A stretch of 64,000 nt of DNA from Camelus dromedarius (taxonomy: Eukaryota). Under the pieces are notes generated by a model, which made no database searches, was not told the origin of the DNA, and worked only from the letters and a program-made list of their open reading frames with translations. The position numbers and the translations under genes are program-made. The stretch is taken from the NCBI RefSeq assembly GCF_036321535.1, contig NC_087436.1:51090001-51154000 (forward strand). Direction: 5' to 3'. Numbering within the stretch: the stretch's first letter is position 1; each line of letters begins with the position of its first letter. Below, in pieces: positions 1 through 13,070 of this stretch.

Positions 1-362
1 TGTCCCAAGGCTTGTGCCTAGACGGGCGACTTACCTGGACTGTATCAGAGTTCTTCATCTTGTCTGGATAAGGTGCTGGGAGAGTGTCTATTCCTGTGAT
101 TAAGCAGGGAAGGACCCGTTAGCCTGGATTCCCAGTAGCTGTCTTGTTGCCCCACAGAGCCTGCCTGAGGAGCGAAACCGTCAACCAAATCTAAGGGGTA
201 AGAAAGATGCTACCAGCCCCAATATTTCCACCCCTAGACTCAGCCTTTGCTGGAGAAGTTTATACTTTAGAAATCCCAGTTATATTAGCTCACCAGGTCT
301 TTGAATGAATTATGTTAGTTTAAATTGGGTTTCTGTTACTTGCAAGGAAAAGATTCTTAACA
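1..362 (+). mobile_element. Old MLT1 (ERVL-MaLR) LTR fragment
   Basis: Ends with the MLT1-type 3' terminus ttgggtttctgttacttgcaaggaaaagattcttaac; left boundary uncertain. Confidence 0.6.
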
Positions 363-2457
363 ACGCAGGAAAAGAATAATAACATTTCAGAGAATTTGAA
401 CAATATAATTAATAATAGATTAACAGTGCATAATCTTTGGAAATGAGATGGCCTGTACATCTTTTAAAAATAGTATACTAGCTACAAAAAACTCCTCACT
501 TTATTCCTCAAAAGGTAACTTCTAAGGAAGTCTCTAAAATGTGGCCATCCTAGACATTAATTTTTAAAAGATAAAGAGATACAAAGGCCCATTAAAAATT
601 AAAAATCTTTTCCAACAGCTATGGGATAAAAAAAGAATCTGAAGTTAACAAAACACGAACATGTCGGTATTAAGGGGTTATTGCTTTAGAGACAGTTCTT
701 CCACCTGACCCATACTTCCTTTCATTCCCCTTCACTGGGGCAACATTCAAACTTCTAGGCCAGTCTGCACTCCTGCCTCAGGAAAGGGGTGTGGCAGAGT
801 AGAAAGGAATAATAATTTCTTACAGTTACGTAATATGCCTTTGAAAAGCTTAGAGTCTTTAGGGGAATACTGAGGTGTAGGAAAAATACTGGCACACTGG
901 TGGTAAGATATTTTCTCCTACTCCACTCAGAGGATAGAAAAATATTTCTCAAGTTAGAGAGTTGAGGACAAGCGGAGGAGACATCGTCACTCGGTCCTGA
1001 ATAGGGCTCTTGTGTCTTGCCTTAAAAGCAGCTCTGGAAACGGCACCATTCTAGAAAAGGAAAGACAGACTCGGGAGTCCAGAATGACAGGGATTATAGA
1101 AAGTGAGCAGAGTGCCCTAGCCTCAGGGTGGTGTGACATCTCAGTGCCACCTTGTTTGGACTGATGATGGTTAAGCCCTGAGGACCAGACTGGATGATGG
1201 ACGTCTCAGCTGGTGCCCATGTGGATGGCTGACACTGAAGGGCAGGTGCCCTGCCTCTCACCTTGATGCTCCAGAAACAACCTGGCTCCAGGTGGAATGG
1301 GAACTTGAAATAGATATTAAGTTGATTGGCAGAAAAATAAATGAGCTTGTATTTCTGATACATTTGAGTTTATGACCAAAATGTCAACTCCTTACACTTC
1401 CTATTAACACTTGTGTGATGTGGTCAAAGGAGCTTGGGAAAGCAGAACTTCACTTCTTCAACTCCAGCCCCCCAACCCCAAGTTTAGTCTTTGTTCATGT
1501 AACTGGGACTCATAGCGCTAGTTTAATATTTATTTTTAGAAATATGCCAATTTCAATTTCCAGGGTTTTTTTTTTTTTTTGCTTTTGCATTCAATTTAGT
1601 AGCCATATTACAACATTATTTATAATATAATCTTGTTCCTTTGGCCTTTCTCTCTCCTCCTTTTTCTCAGGGCTCAGAACTTTGCTTTTTACAATGTAAA
1701 ATCTAACTGACTTACAAGGCTATTTATTGTCTTACCACAAAATTCTGTTGGGATGAAACTGTTGATATTACTCCAAGTCTCTCTTTTTGCTTTTTTTTTT
1801 TTTTGTTTTTTTGTAATACAGGAAAATTGTAACTTAAGGAAAACTTGGGGTGAATATCCTATATCTCAAAAGAGAAAGAGGAAAGCAAACTGATAATTTG
1901 AAAATGCTAGTTGCTCTTTTACAGAAATTACATCTTAAAAAATGTACAAATACATTCTGTCTTAAATATATATATTTCTGTATCCCACTTTTGGGCCCAC
2001 TCCCTCACTTGTGGTCTGCCCTGTGGTGGAGTGGGTCAGACAACTCTATGTCTATGGATTTGGGGAAAGTACACTGTTCTGAGACTACATTTTGAAGAGT
2101 GGTAAGGTCAATTGAAGTATGAAATGGAAAGTGAGTTGAAGTATGTCCCCATCCCCTTCAGGTCTGTTTGTCTGGTTTTGGTTCAGAAGGTGGGAGAATT
2201 TTCTATATAGTGCAACTCTCTCCCTTGACACCATCTTTAATGAAAATGTCACCAATATGGCACAAGAGCTTCTGAATTTATAGAACTATTTCGAGTTTAT
2301 TAACAAAATCAATTGTATTTATGGGTATATTAATCGAAAGTTGGAGAGAAGCATATTAGGCAAATTGAAGCTGCTTCCTAAAGTCCTGAAAAATTCTCTC
2401 TTTCATTTCCTTCTGGTGACCTACAAAACATCAAAGTACTTTTCTCCCTCTAATTTC

Positions 2458-4550
2458 CTTTTTTTCCTTCCAGTTTTACTGAGATATAATTGACATACAG
2501 CACTGTATAAGTTGAAAGTGTACAACATAATGATTTGACTTACATACATCATGAAATAATGACCACAATAAGTTTAGTGAAGATCCACCCTCTCATAAAG
2601 ATACAGAATAAAAGAAAAAAACTCTTTTCCTTGTGATGAGAACTCTTAGGATTTTCTCTCTTAACACCTTTCATATATGCCATACAGCTGTGTTAATTAT
2701 ATTTGTCATGTTGTACATCCCTAGTGCTCATTTGTCTGATAACTGGAAGTTTGCACCCTTTGACTGCCTTCATCCACTTACCCCTCCCCCCACTCCCACC
2801 CCTGGTAACCACAAATCTGACCTCTTTCTATGAGTTTGTTTGTTTGCTGGTTTGTTTTCGAAGCATAATTGACCTACAAGACTATGTTAATTCCTTGCAC
2901 ACAACATAGTGATTTGCTGTTTCTGCACATCACAAAATGATCATCACAGTAAGTCTAGTTATCATCTGTCACCATAAAAAGGTAATTATTATTGACTGTA
3001 TTCCCCACATTGTACATTTTATATCCGTGACTCACTTATTTTGTAACTGGAAGTTTGTACCTGTTAATCTCCCTCCCCTGTATCACTCATCCTCTGACAC
3101 CCCTCCCCTTTGGCAACCACATGTTTGTTCTCTGTATCTGTGACTGTTTTTTTTGTTATGTTTATTTATTTGTTTTGCTTTTTAGATTCCACATGTATGT
3201 GAAATCATACAGTGTTTGTGTTTCTCTGTCTGACTTACTTCACTTTGCATAATACCCTCCAGGCCCATCCATGTTGTTGCAAAGGCAAGATTTCATTCTT
3301 TTTTATGGCTGAGTTATGTATATATATGAGTTATGTATACACACACATGTCTATATACACATACATACATAGACATGATCTTACATCTTCTTTCTTCTTT
3401 AACCATTCATCTAACAATGGGCACTTTGTTTCTATATCTTGGCTATTGTAAATAATACTGCAATGAACATAGGGAGGCATGTATCTTTTCTAATTAGTGT
3501 TTTTGTTTTCTTTGGATAAACACCCAGAAGTGTAATTGCTAGATTGTACAGTAGTTCTATTTTTAATTTTTTGAGGACACTCCAAACTGTTTTCCATGGT
3601 GGCTGCACCAATTTACATTTCCATCAACATTGCACAAGGGTTCCCTTTTTCCACATCCTTGCCAACACTTACTATTTCTTGTCTTTTTGATAATAACCAT
3701 TCTAACAGGTGTGAAGTGATTTTTCTCTGTAGTTTTGATTTGCATTTCTCTGATGATTACTGACATTGAGTACTTTTTCATGTGTCTGTTGGCCATCCGT
3801 GTCTTCTTGGAAAAAATGTCTGTTCAGGTTTTGTGCTCATTTTTTAATCCGACTGTTTGTTTGATGTTGAGTTGTATGAGTTCTTTGTATATTCTGGAAA
3901 CTAACCCCTTATCAGATATGTCATTTGCAAATATCTTCTCCCGTTCAGCAGGCTGCCTTTTCATTTTGTTGATGGTTTCTTTCACTGTACTAAAGCTTTT
4001 TAGTTTGATGTAGTCTCATTTGTTTAATTTTGTTTTTGTTTCCATTGCCTGAGGATACATATCCAAAAAAATATTGCTAAGACTGATGTCAAAGAGCATA
4101 CTGCTAATGTTTTCCAATAGCGGATTTATGGTTTCCTGTCTTACATTTAAGTCTTTCATCCATTTTAGTTTATTTTTGTATATGTGAGAAAGTAGTCCAG
4201 TTTGATCCTCTTGTATGTAGCTGTCCAGTTTTCCCAATACCATTCATTGAAGAGGCTATCTTTTCCTCACTGTATAGTCTTGCCTCCTTTGTCATAGAGT
4301 AATTGTCCGTGTAAGTGTAGGCTCATTTCTGGGGCCTCTGTTCTGTTCTGTTGATTCATATGTCTGTTTTTGTGCCAGTACCAAACTTTTTTGATGACTG
4401 TAGCTTGCAATATAGTTTGAAATCGAGGAGCGTGATACCTACAGCTTTGTTCTTCTTTCTCAAGGTTGTTTTGGCTATTCAGGGTCTTTTGCGTTTCCAT
4501 ACAGATTTTAGAATTATTTGTCCGAGTTTTGTGAAAAGCACCGTTGATAT
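2458..4550 (-). mobile_element. 5'-truncated L1 (L1MA9-like/laurasiatherian): 3' UTR plus frameshifted ORF2 C-terminus
   Basis: Minus-strand ORFs give L1 ORF2 peptides (MANRHMKKYSMSVIIREMQIKTT; ATVIKKVWYWHKNRH; KWMKDLNVRQETI). The T-rich tail lies at about 2458, and the L1 3' UTR is recognisable. Confidence 0.95.
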
Positions 4551-6224
4551 TTCTAATACTGAATATTCTAATATCTGGACTTGGTATTCTAATTTCTGAT
4601 AAGTGACATTGGAGGGTTTTGCTTGCTCTTCATGTTGCCACAAAAACTGTATTATAGAGTTTGGTATTGACTCTTTTTAAGCTTGCTACAGTTAGATGTA
4701 TGCCAGGCTGAGCCAGATAGGATCTCACGAAACAGCCATTTCAAGTAATGGAACATATGGCTGCATGCAATTCATAGTTTACATGATTAGCAATAAGGCC
4801 TTTTTTCCTAAAAAGAAGAAGGGCTTCAAAACCAAATACTTTAAATTTCATGTATATGTGTATATATATAGATATAGGCATGAAAATTTAAAAATAACAT
4901 TCTTAAATAGAAATATTCTTGATTAAATTAAAATTTTTCTCATCTGTTGCGTGAAAACATTGATAACATTATCTCTATGTACGTCTTTTAGCTCTGAAGT
5001 TCCCTTTTGAAATCTTAGTATAAGTAGAATTTGGTGGATTTTTAGAAAGCAGTTTGGGTCATAAACTTGCACATTTTTTTTTCTGGGAAATAATATATAA
5101 AAATTAACATGTCTATTCTTGAGAATTTTGAGTCATTCTAAACCATGCATGATTCACTTGTTCATTTTTAGTTCACTCCAGATGAAGAATTCACAAGTTG
5201 CAGAGAAGGGGAGAGATTACCCCAGAAGAAATTTTAGTCCTTAAAGTTTTAGTGCCTGTTTCTAATAATAACAATGTTACACATGGATGATAAGGTAGAA
5301 TTTCATAGAAAAAAAGAATAGTAGGGCTTTTAATTTACATATTCTCAAGTCTTAAGAGCACATCTCAACAGGATAAACACAGGTCACTGTTTCAAGTTAA
5401 GAAAGAATTTCTTTTCTAAGTTACTCTGTTCAAAATGAAAGCAATGATACACATGGTTAATGTCTTTCTGTATAGAGGCATAGATTAAGAGACCAATTAA
5501 TGATAAGAAGGGAAGCCTTTAAAACTGGACATTGATCTGGGGCTGTGGCAATCGGAATAATCAAATGTATTGATTATTATAAATGCAATTATTCTGTAGA
5601 TTTATTTTTGGCCTGAAACCTTGCTCAGAACCACTTCAGTCCTGACTATTTGTCTGCCAGGTTTGCTTGCTTCTGTTTCCCAGACATTCATGGCTATTAT
5701 ATTTGTAATGCGTTTCCTATGGGAAAAGTATGAGAAGCAAAAAAAGAACTCCTAGGGGTTGGTGAGGGAACAGTAGCCCTGGGGCAAATCTCCTGGGGTA
5801 GTAAGAATGAAGAAGAAGAAATTAATAGTTCCTGAGTTTTTGTCACTCTATACTTGGCACCATGCCAAATCCTCCACAAATACAATGTGTGAAACAAATT
5901 GATCATGAAAACGGTTTCCCAACTACACTGTTGTCATATATCTTTCCATAAAAATCCATGCTTTCCCTGCACCCCTTTTCCTGTCCTTTGAAAATTGCAA
6001 TAACTTTGCTTATTCCCACCAGCTAAGAATACCCTGTGACACCAGGTTTGTTTCACTTTCAAGAACAAAATTATGTCATAATATTGTCCGAATGCCTTTT
6101 CAATTTAAATTGGCAGCCTCCATTGTATCCCGTCTCCACCCTATCGCTTCCAAATCCGACGCAGGAGACCCTGCCCTCTGAGGACCTTTGCTTTAATGCA
6201 CACAATCACTCCAGCTGCGACAAA

Positions 6225-6243
6225 TGCTGCCACCTGCTGGCGG
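6225..6243 (-). promoter_or_regulatory. CTCF binding motif
   Basis: Reverse complement CCGCCAGCAGGTGGCAGCA matches the CTCF core CCASYAGRKGGCRS, in unique DNA that locally retains CpGs. Confidence 0.65.
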
Positions 6244-7014
6244 CTTTTGAAGGCGGTGCAAGCCGGTGAGCAAAGCTTTGCACTGGGTTCACGGGCTTTT
6301 TGCCACAACACTCCTCAGACACTGCCCTTCAGGCGTTCATTCTCTTCTTGCTTAGAGTCGTCCAGTTTCAGCTGCTTGTGAGAGAACAGTAACAGCTTGG
6401 GTAGGTCCTCTGTTCTCCCAGAATATCCAACCTGATGGAATCTGAAGACCTACTTGGTGATTCTGTTTTGCCATTTAATATGTAGCGGGGACCGTACTTT
6501 ATGCTCATGAAAACAAGGTGAAATCTTCCTGCCCAGAAGCCTTCCCACTGTTTATACTGTACGTAAAAGTTTGAGGCAGACGCCAGGAGTTTAATCTGGA
6601 GCATTTGGGCATTCTAATCGAAAATTAAGTGAACACTTTCTTGCCAAACACTTTGCTTTAATTTTAGTTGATACGATTCACCAACATTTGCAATAATGGA
6701 GTTGTTAGTAAACTGTGCCATGTACACAAAAACCTTTAAAATTTTATTACTAGTTCATACAGAAAAGAGCAATGCTAGTTTATGAGGTTAAATTGCCAAT
6801 TATTTTCAACATCTGACATCTAAACAGTCTGACTGGCAGGATTCCTATAAATGTTATGTCAAAATGTTAACACAAAGACCATGTCGGATTCATTTTGATT
6901 TGTAAGTTATGAAAGGTCATTTATTTATTGATCGATGAAAAGTCTTTTAATCTATGTTCCTTTTGTTCTTTCAGGGAACAATCAAATGAAGGTTTATCAA
7001 AGGCACTTATACTT

Positions 7015-7250
7015 TAAAATATATATTTATTTTAAAAAATGAACCCATTACACGATAACATAAATGACATATTTATGTAAAATAACTATATTTTCCAAAC
7101 AAATTTTCCTTTCCAAAACAAAGCAACTTTTAGTGAGAAAAGTAGCATTATTTTATATTTTTGCTATCTCATTAATGTCTGGCTTAATGGGGTTTGCCTG
7201 GATTGCTAGATCTGCTTTTTCATTTGATCTGCTGAAATATGTTGTTTCAA
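7015..7250. mobile_element. hAT-Charlie (Charlie1/1a-like) DNA transposon fragment
   Basis: aaaataactatattttccaaa...ttagtgagaaaagtagcattattttatatttttgc...ttaatgtctggcttaat resembles the Charlie1 consensus as recalled. Confidence 0.7.
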
Positions 7251-7274
7251 AGGCACTTCTTGGTTTAGTTATTG

Positions 7275-7345
7275 TTGAGTGCCTAGGACCTACCATAAGG
7301 CCTAGCACATAGAAAGCTCAATAATGCTGACTGAATGAATGATTA
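7275..7345 (+). mobile_element. L2 3' end
   Basis: gcctagcacatagaaagctcaataatgctgactgaatgaatga is a typical L2 tail. Confidence 0.65.
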
Positions 7346-7524
7346 ATTCCTAGCCTCCTCTCTTTTTTTTTTTTTTTTTGTAAAAATGCCTGAACTCTTT
7401 AGATTAATTTATGAAATTCTGCTTAAACTTAACAGTGAATGAGGCTTTTACAATCAGTGGATTCACACTCTTTACATGTTGCTGATTAAAGTATATTTCA
7501 GGGTTCAGCAGGGATGGTATCACC

Positions 7525-7645
7525 AAGATGCTTGGGAGAAACACTGCATCTTGGACTCCACCCCAGACCTACCAAGTCAGAATCCGCTTTTTAACAAGAT
7601 CCCCAGGTGATTCAGATGCACACTAGAGTCTGAGAAGCACTGCTT
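7525..7645. mobile_element. MER5A-like hAT-Charlie MITE
   Basis: ccccagacctaccaagtcagaatc...ttttaacaagatccccaggtgattcagatgcaca...tgagaagcactg. Confidence 0.8.
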
Positions 7646-8192
7646 TATTTATTTATTTTATTGAAGCGTAGTTGATTTATAACATTGTGTTAGTTTCTGG
7701 CGTACGGCGAAGTGATTCAGTTGTACGTATACATACTCTTTTTCATATTCTTTTCCATTATGGTTTATTACAGGATATTAAGTATAGTTCCCTGTGCTAT
7801 ACAGTAGGACCTTGTTATCAATTTTATATACAGTAGTGTGTATCTGCTAATCCCAAACTCCTACTTTAGCCCTCCCCCATCCCCCTTCCCCCTTGGTAAC
7901 TCTGAGTTTGTTCTCTGTGTCTGTGAGTCTGTTTCTGTTTCATAAATAAGTTCATTTGTGTCATATTTTAGATTCCACATGTGATATTGTATGGTATTTG
8001 TCTTTCTCTTTCTGACTTACTTCACTTCGTATGATGATCTCCAGATCCATCCATGTTGCTGCAAATGGCATTATTTCATTCTTTTTTTATGGCTGAGTGG
8101 TATTCCATTGCATATATATACAACATCCTCTTTATCTGGGCATCTGTCTGTGAACATTTAGGTTGCTTCCATGCCCTGGCTGTTGTAAATAG
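7646..8192 (-). mobile_element. Cetartiodactyl-type L1 3' UTR, 5'-truncated, with 15-bp TSD
   Basis: Perfect direct repeat TGAGAAGCACTGCTT at 7631-7645 and 8193-8207, a (TTTA)n tail, and a typical L1 3' UTR (gttccctgtgctatacagtaggaccttg). Confidence 0.93.
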
Positions 8193-9279
8193 TGAGAAGC
8201 ACTGCTTGAAAGTAACTTAACTATTATTATTTCCATGTAGCTATAGAATCCATTTTCTTCTACAGATTTTGGTTTTCCTAAATAAAATTATTTTCATTAT
8301 ATGACTAGACTTTGCACTGCTTTCTAATTGAGTCTGTGCAGGATAAGTTTTCACATCTTTGTTTCCCTCTTTCTCTTCTAAGGGTAGCTCAAGCTGAGAA
8401 ACTGTGTGAATTCCTTCTCCTGAACTGTGAGTCAGGGGGCTTTCTCAAAGGGAAGTTCCCTTCTAGGGCCATCTGATTGAAAGTTTTAAATTAATGAACC
8501 AGTGATTGGCTATTAAGACATAGCTGCTTAAACAGTTTTCTTCTTTAAAAGAATGTTTGTTCTACGTCATGCAGAACTGGCATGAATTTAAGGGAAGACT
8601 TCCTGCCACAAAATATTTGTTAACAGCTCCTGAAAGAGAAAGTAATTGTCACAAGTCAGGTCTTTTTTAAAAAGCTTTTTTTTCCTGAGATTACCCATGT
8701 GTGAATTTCTAGAGGGGGTTGGATAACTTGTTAATTTAATTACTTGCTTTTCACTTAATTAACTTCACAGCTAAGTTTTTATTAGAAAGACAACTTTGGT
8801 TTCAGCTTGCCTAAAGTTATTAAGATTTTGGTATAGAAAAGCAGTTACAATAGTTATTTTACTTCTTGATTTAATGAGATGCTTTTCTTAAGCATGTATT
8901 TTCAAGGTCAGCTCCAGCATACCAAGCAGCTTGTGCCAGTGCCAGCTGCAGACGTGCTTGGGGTCAGGCCGCTCTTGTAGAGGTGCCTGTGGAGAGGGCC
9001 ACATGCAGGGCTGGGGGCAGGAGAAAGAGAATGCATCTGGAAACATGACACTGCCAACCCACATTCAGGTCTCACCCTGGTACAAGTCACCCTTTGTAGA
9101 AACGCTCTTTTCCTGGGAGGCTGTATAGGGTCCTGGGAAGAGCCTGGAACTTTGGAGTCTGACAGACCCAGGTCCTGAGACATTGTGGGTCATCTCAGAC
9201 CTCTGGATCACTTTATTTTTTTAAAATTAACGGATAGGTCTGACCTGTGGTTTAATGGGAAGAATTCTCTCTTGGCTGC

Positions 9280-9550
9280 CCCAGATTGAGAGCTCCTTGA
9301 GGGCAGTGACTGGTCTGTAAGGTGTGTCTTTCCCTGGTCTAGAGGAGGGCCAGCACACAGCAGGTGTCAAATAAATGCTTGTTCTCATCTTGTGCTGTAT
9401 TTATTTACTGGTTTATTGTTTAGTTTTCTCAAGGAATGGGATTAGTGAGGACAGCGATTTGTTGAGATTTTTGCTGGTCTATATGCCTCGGCCTCCTATA
9501 ATGCCTTGCATGTGGTGAGTACTCAGTGCAGGCGAGGGTGGAATGAAATA
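9280..9550 (+). mobile_element. L2 3'-end fragments
   Basis: agctccttgagggcag...cagcacacagcaggtgtcaaataaatgcttgtt, followed by a second degenerate tail. Confidence 0.6.
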
Positions 9551-9559
9551 GTGTCTAGG

Positions 9560-9860
9560 TGCTTGCTAACAGTTTAGGCACTACCCAGTCGTGTTTTCTC
9601 ACTTAGTCCTTACAATACCCTTGTGATGTCATGGTAACTAACATGTATTGGCCTAGACAACTTTCAAGGATCAAAGTTCTTTACATTTATTATTCGATGC
9701 TTGAAAGTAGGTATTACTGTTATTGTAATTTCCATATGAGAAAACCAAGGCATTAAAGGCTGAAGTAGGTTGCCCAAGATTATGCTCACAGAGAATCAAT
9801 CTAGGTTTTGAGCGGGGTGGTTCGGCTCCAACATCTGTGCTCTTAGCCACCACAGTAAAG
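9560..9860 (-). mobile_element. MIR SINE fragments
   Basis: atgagaaaaccaaggcattaaaggctgaagtaggttgcccaagattat...gctcttagccac is the MIR core in reverse. Confidence 0.65.
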
Positions 9861-9910
9861 TTGCTCATCAGTTCTCTCATTTGGTGAGTGAGGAGGTTGA
9901 GACTATAATG

Positions 9911-10150
9911 CAGCTGGCCCTTGAACAACATGGGTTTGGAATGCATGGGTCCACGCATACATGGATTTTTTTTTCAATGGTAATTCACAGCACAACACAA
10001 TCCAAGGTTAGTTGAATCCGCTGGTGCGGGACCAAGGTGATGGTTGAACAGAGGACAGGGAGGGCAGGGCAGGCTATAAATTATTCATCAATTTCTGACT
10101 GCATGTATGGTCAGCACCCCAGACCCCCTGCATTGTTCAAGGGTGAACTG
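9911..10150. mobile_element. MER8-like TcMar-Tigger MITE, full length
   Basis: TIRs cagctggcccttgaacaa ... ttgttcaagggtgaactg, 240 bp long, with TA on the right and TG on the left (decayed TA TSD). Confidence 0.88.
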
Positions 10151-10874
10151 TACCTAGTTCCCCCATAATCACACTTCTGTCCACTACCAAAGAAGGGAAT
10201 TGGATGTGAGTTGCCTGCCTATAGGTTTGGGTTCTTTCCACTGCACCACAGTTCTAGATGTTTCATTATGACCCTGGAGACAGGGATTTCCAAGAAGAGC
10301 TAATATATATCCCTGTTGACAAAAAGGTCAAGAAGAGTCATCATCAGAGTCACAGTAAAAACCAAATAAAGGTCCCTTGCATTTTAACAAAGCCCTTTTA
10401 GGTATCAACCTGTAATATTCGTTGTGGCTCTAGTCAACACATCTTAAGAAGAATATGTAAAGATGTTGGGGAAATTTCAAGAATTACATGGAAAGGTCCG
10501 AGAATTACATGGAAAAAAAGCTGCTATTTACACAGCATGTTAACATACTAACAAATGAGCATATTAACAAATAAAGGTGATTCTACCTAGACATCAATGG
10601 ATTTGCCTGACATTTAAGAATTGCAAAATATGTGACTGAATTTTAAACAAATCCTAAAATACCATTGACACTTAAAGAATTTAAGTTTTTAAGTTATAGT
10701 CTAAATGAAAAATTTTAGACATTGGATTCTAAACTAATGGAAGTACCTAAACCAATTGGGATGAGCGTGTGAACGTGTTTTTAAAGGTTTAGGTAAATCA
10801 GTGGACACATACTCCTAATATGTCATCGAGGAAAACTTGGCTTCATTGTTTATCTATTATCATTGAGTTAGACT

Positions 10875-11170
10875 TCCAAGAGCTTGGCGTCTGGAATCAG
10901 ACGGGGCTTGAATCTCTGTTCTACTTCTTACTTGTTATGTGACCTTGGGCCAAATTTTAAACCTCTTGGGTCCTCAGTTTCCTCATTTGTACAGTGGGAT
11001 AGGATACTCATGATCCTCCCTTCATAGGTTAGAGATCATTCATTGATTTAGTTTTGAGTTGAATTAAACTCATTGAATTTAGGCACATGAAAATTGCTTA
11101 AAACGGACTGATACTGACAGGGTGTATTGATAGGGTTCAATACATGTTAGCTAATGTCATTAGCTATTGT
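10875..11170 (+). mobile_element. MIR SINE
   Basis: tctggaatcagac...tgtgaccttgggccaaattttaaacctcttgggtcctcagtttcctcatttgtacagtggg. Confidence 0.85.
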
Positions 11171-12073
11171 GATGAACTAACTGCCCTTTGTCCCAGTTAG
11201 TAGCTCACAGTTTTAAGGAGACAACACAGAGGTACTTCAGTAAAAGAACAGGATCTGTTGCTCTCCTCTCCCATACCGTGGAACTTCACTATGGAGCCCT
11301 CTGTGACACGCTGGACTTGTCTGTGTGGACTGCACTGTCCTAACTATTTCCAACTGTTTGTATTTTCTAGCAGAAAAGATTCTAAGGTGCTGTGTCTGAC
11401 GAGGACACCAAGAACTCTCTTACTAAATGTGCATCCTCAGTGCTGCTTCAGGTTGATGATATGTTAAGCCACGTGGGAAGGCAGCTGAATGAAGAAAATG
11501 AGTGGGTAAATACCTAGTGAATGGTTCAATGGCTGGGCAGAAAAATCCCATGAACAATGGACTGTGGCTGAGAAGTTACCTTGTTCCTGATTGACTCAGA
11601 GAGGAAAAAAGTCCTGCGAATACTGATACTAGGAGGCTAATTCTTTCAAGTGTAGCAGTGGTCCAGGTTTTAACGGAACAAGTGGTTAGGAAGTAGGAGC
11701 CACCTCATCTGCAATAAAGCCCAGTGTGTGCTTCAGAAAACAAAAATGTGTGACCTCTGTCATAGCGATGCCAGCCACAACTCCAAAATAAAGCAGATTT
11801 AAAGAGGAAACCGTTCAATTTTGGTAATAAAACACAAAAATTAGGTGGTTGTGTTCAGATTGTTTTTTTCAGGATGACTGAAGAATTTTAGATATTTACA
11901 TATATTAAGAACTGGTCAAAAGAAAATGCTATTAAAAAACTGGAGAAACTTCAACATTCATGCATAAGTGTTAATTCCAACATGAACCATAAACCAGTTC
12001 GTGCATTTTGACAGAAGTCCATTATTGGGAATTTGTCTTATATAATTTTCTCTCTCTCTAAACACTCTCTTTT

Positions 12074-12498
12074 TGATCACAATTTAGTCAGGATCCTCTG
12101 AGCCCTCTTCTCAACGAGGCTTTGACCTTGGCCTGCCCTGACTGTCCTGTCCTTACTGGGCCTGCAAAGCCTAGTTTAGCAAGAATCCAGCTCCAACTTG
12201 ATGTCTAATCATCTGTGATATCTGATCAAGTTCCTCACCCCCTACCTTTGATGTATAAGTCTGTGCCCAACCTTTAGGAAAAATCCGTTAGATGAGTTTA
12301 GCAAGAATCCCCCTACCTTTGAAGTCTCCTCTTAGCAATTCTTCCATCCATTGACCTCACCCTGCTTCTTGGCTATAAATCCCCACTTGTCTGTGTTGTA
12401 TTCAGAGTTGAGCACCATCTGTCTTCCCTATTGCAACAGTCTTGGATAAATTTTTCCTTACTATTTTAACAAGTGTCAGATAATTTTTCTTTAACTCA
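12074..12498 (+). mobile_element. MER31-like ERV1 solo LTR
   Basis: Starts tgatcacaatttagtcagg, has repeated tttagcaagaatcc units and TATA (ggctataaa), and ends aacaagtgtcagataatttttctttaac. Confidence 0.85.
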
Positions 12499-12650
12499 AC
12501 CTCTCCATCTTTGCTAGAGTAGAGAACTTAGAACCAAAATATTTATTAGTAGGGGGTTGACTAAATTTTATGACATAATTTTTGAAAGAGCATGCCAGCA
12601 TGAATAATTGGTGGCCAACATTCATAAAGTACTGTTATGTGCACTGTACT

Positions 12651-13070
12651 TGAGACAGGAGGGAAGGGGGCAGGGCACAGCCATTAAAAGAATGACGCAG
12701 CAATCAGCACCAAGATGGTAGAGGATTCAACTCCCAGGAGAACTTGAGCTTCCATATACGCTCATTAAAGTACAACAGCATGCTAAATGACACTCCGACA
12801 GGAGCCAGGACAGTTTTAAGGCTGGCCGTAAAAGGTCAAAAAGTGGGTGATGGCCCAGTTCCTGGGAATCCCAGCCACTTCCCCAAAGTAGTTGAATAAT
12901 CCTCCCACTTGTTAGCATATGAAGTTACCAAGCCCATAAAAACTAACAGCCCCACAACCTGGGGCTTGCTGTTTTGAATTCTTTCCTGCTTGAAGCCAAG
13001 GACCCTCACTGGACGGGGCACATGAGACCTGGGATGTGACCATCCTCTCATGCCCCACTTTCCTGTATCA
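12651..13070 (+). mobile_element. MER41-like (cetartiodactyl) ERV1 solo LTR, apparently internally deleted
   Basis: TG...CA termini (tgagacaggagggaaggggg ... ttcctgtatca) with near-TSD tact/cact. A TATA-like cataaaa lies at about 12935, with no AATAAA downstream. The start resembles MER41_BT as recalled. Confidence 0.75.

Noticed and set aside
3563..4500. Minus-strand ORFs with protein-like sequence
   Set aside because: They are frameshifted L1 ORF2 remnants, not a host gene.
2449..4596. tctaatttc as TSD of the long L1
   Set aside because: It is short and AT-rich, and the right flank has three tattctaat-like repeats, so the assignment is ambiguous.
10480..10515. 15-bp direct repeat agaattacatggaaa
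   Set aside because: Small local duplication with no supporting structure.
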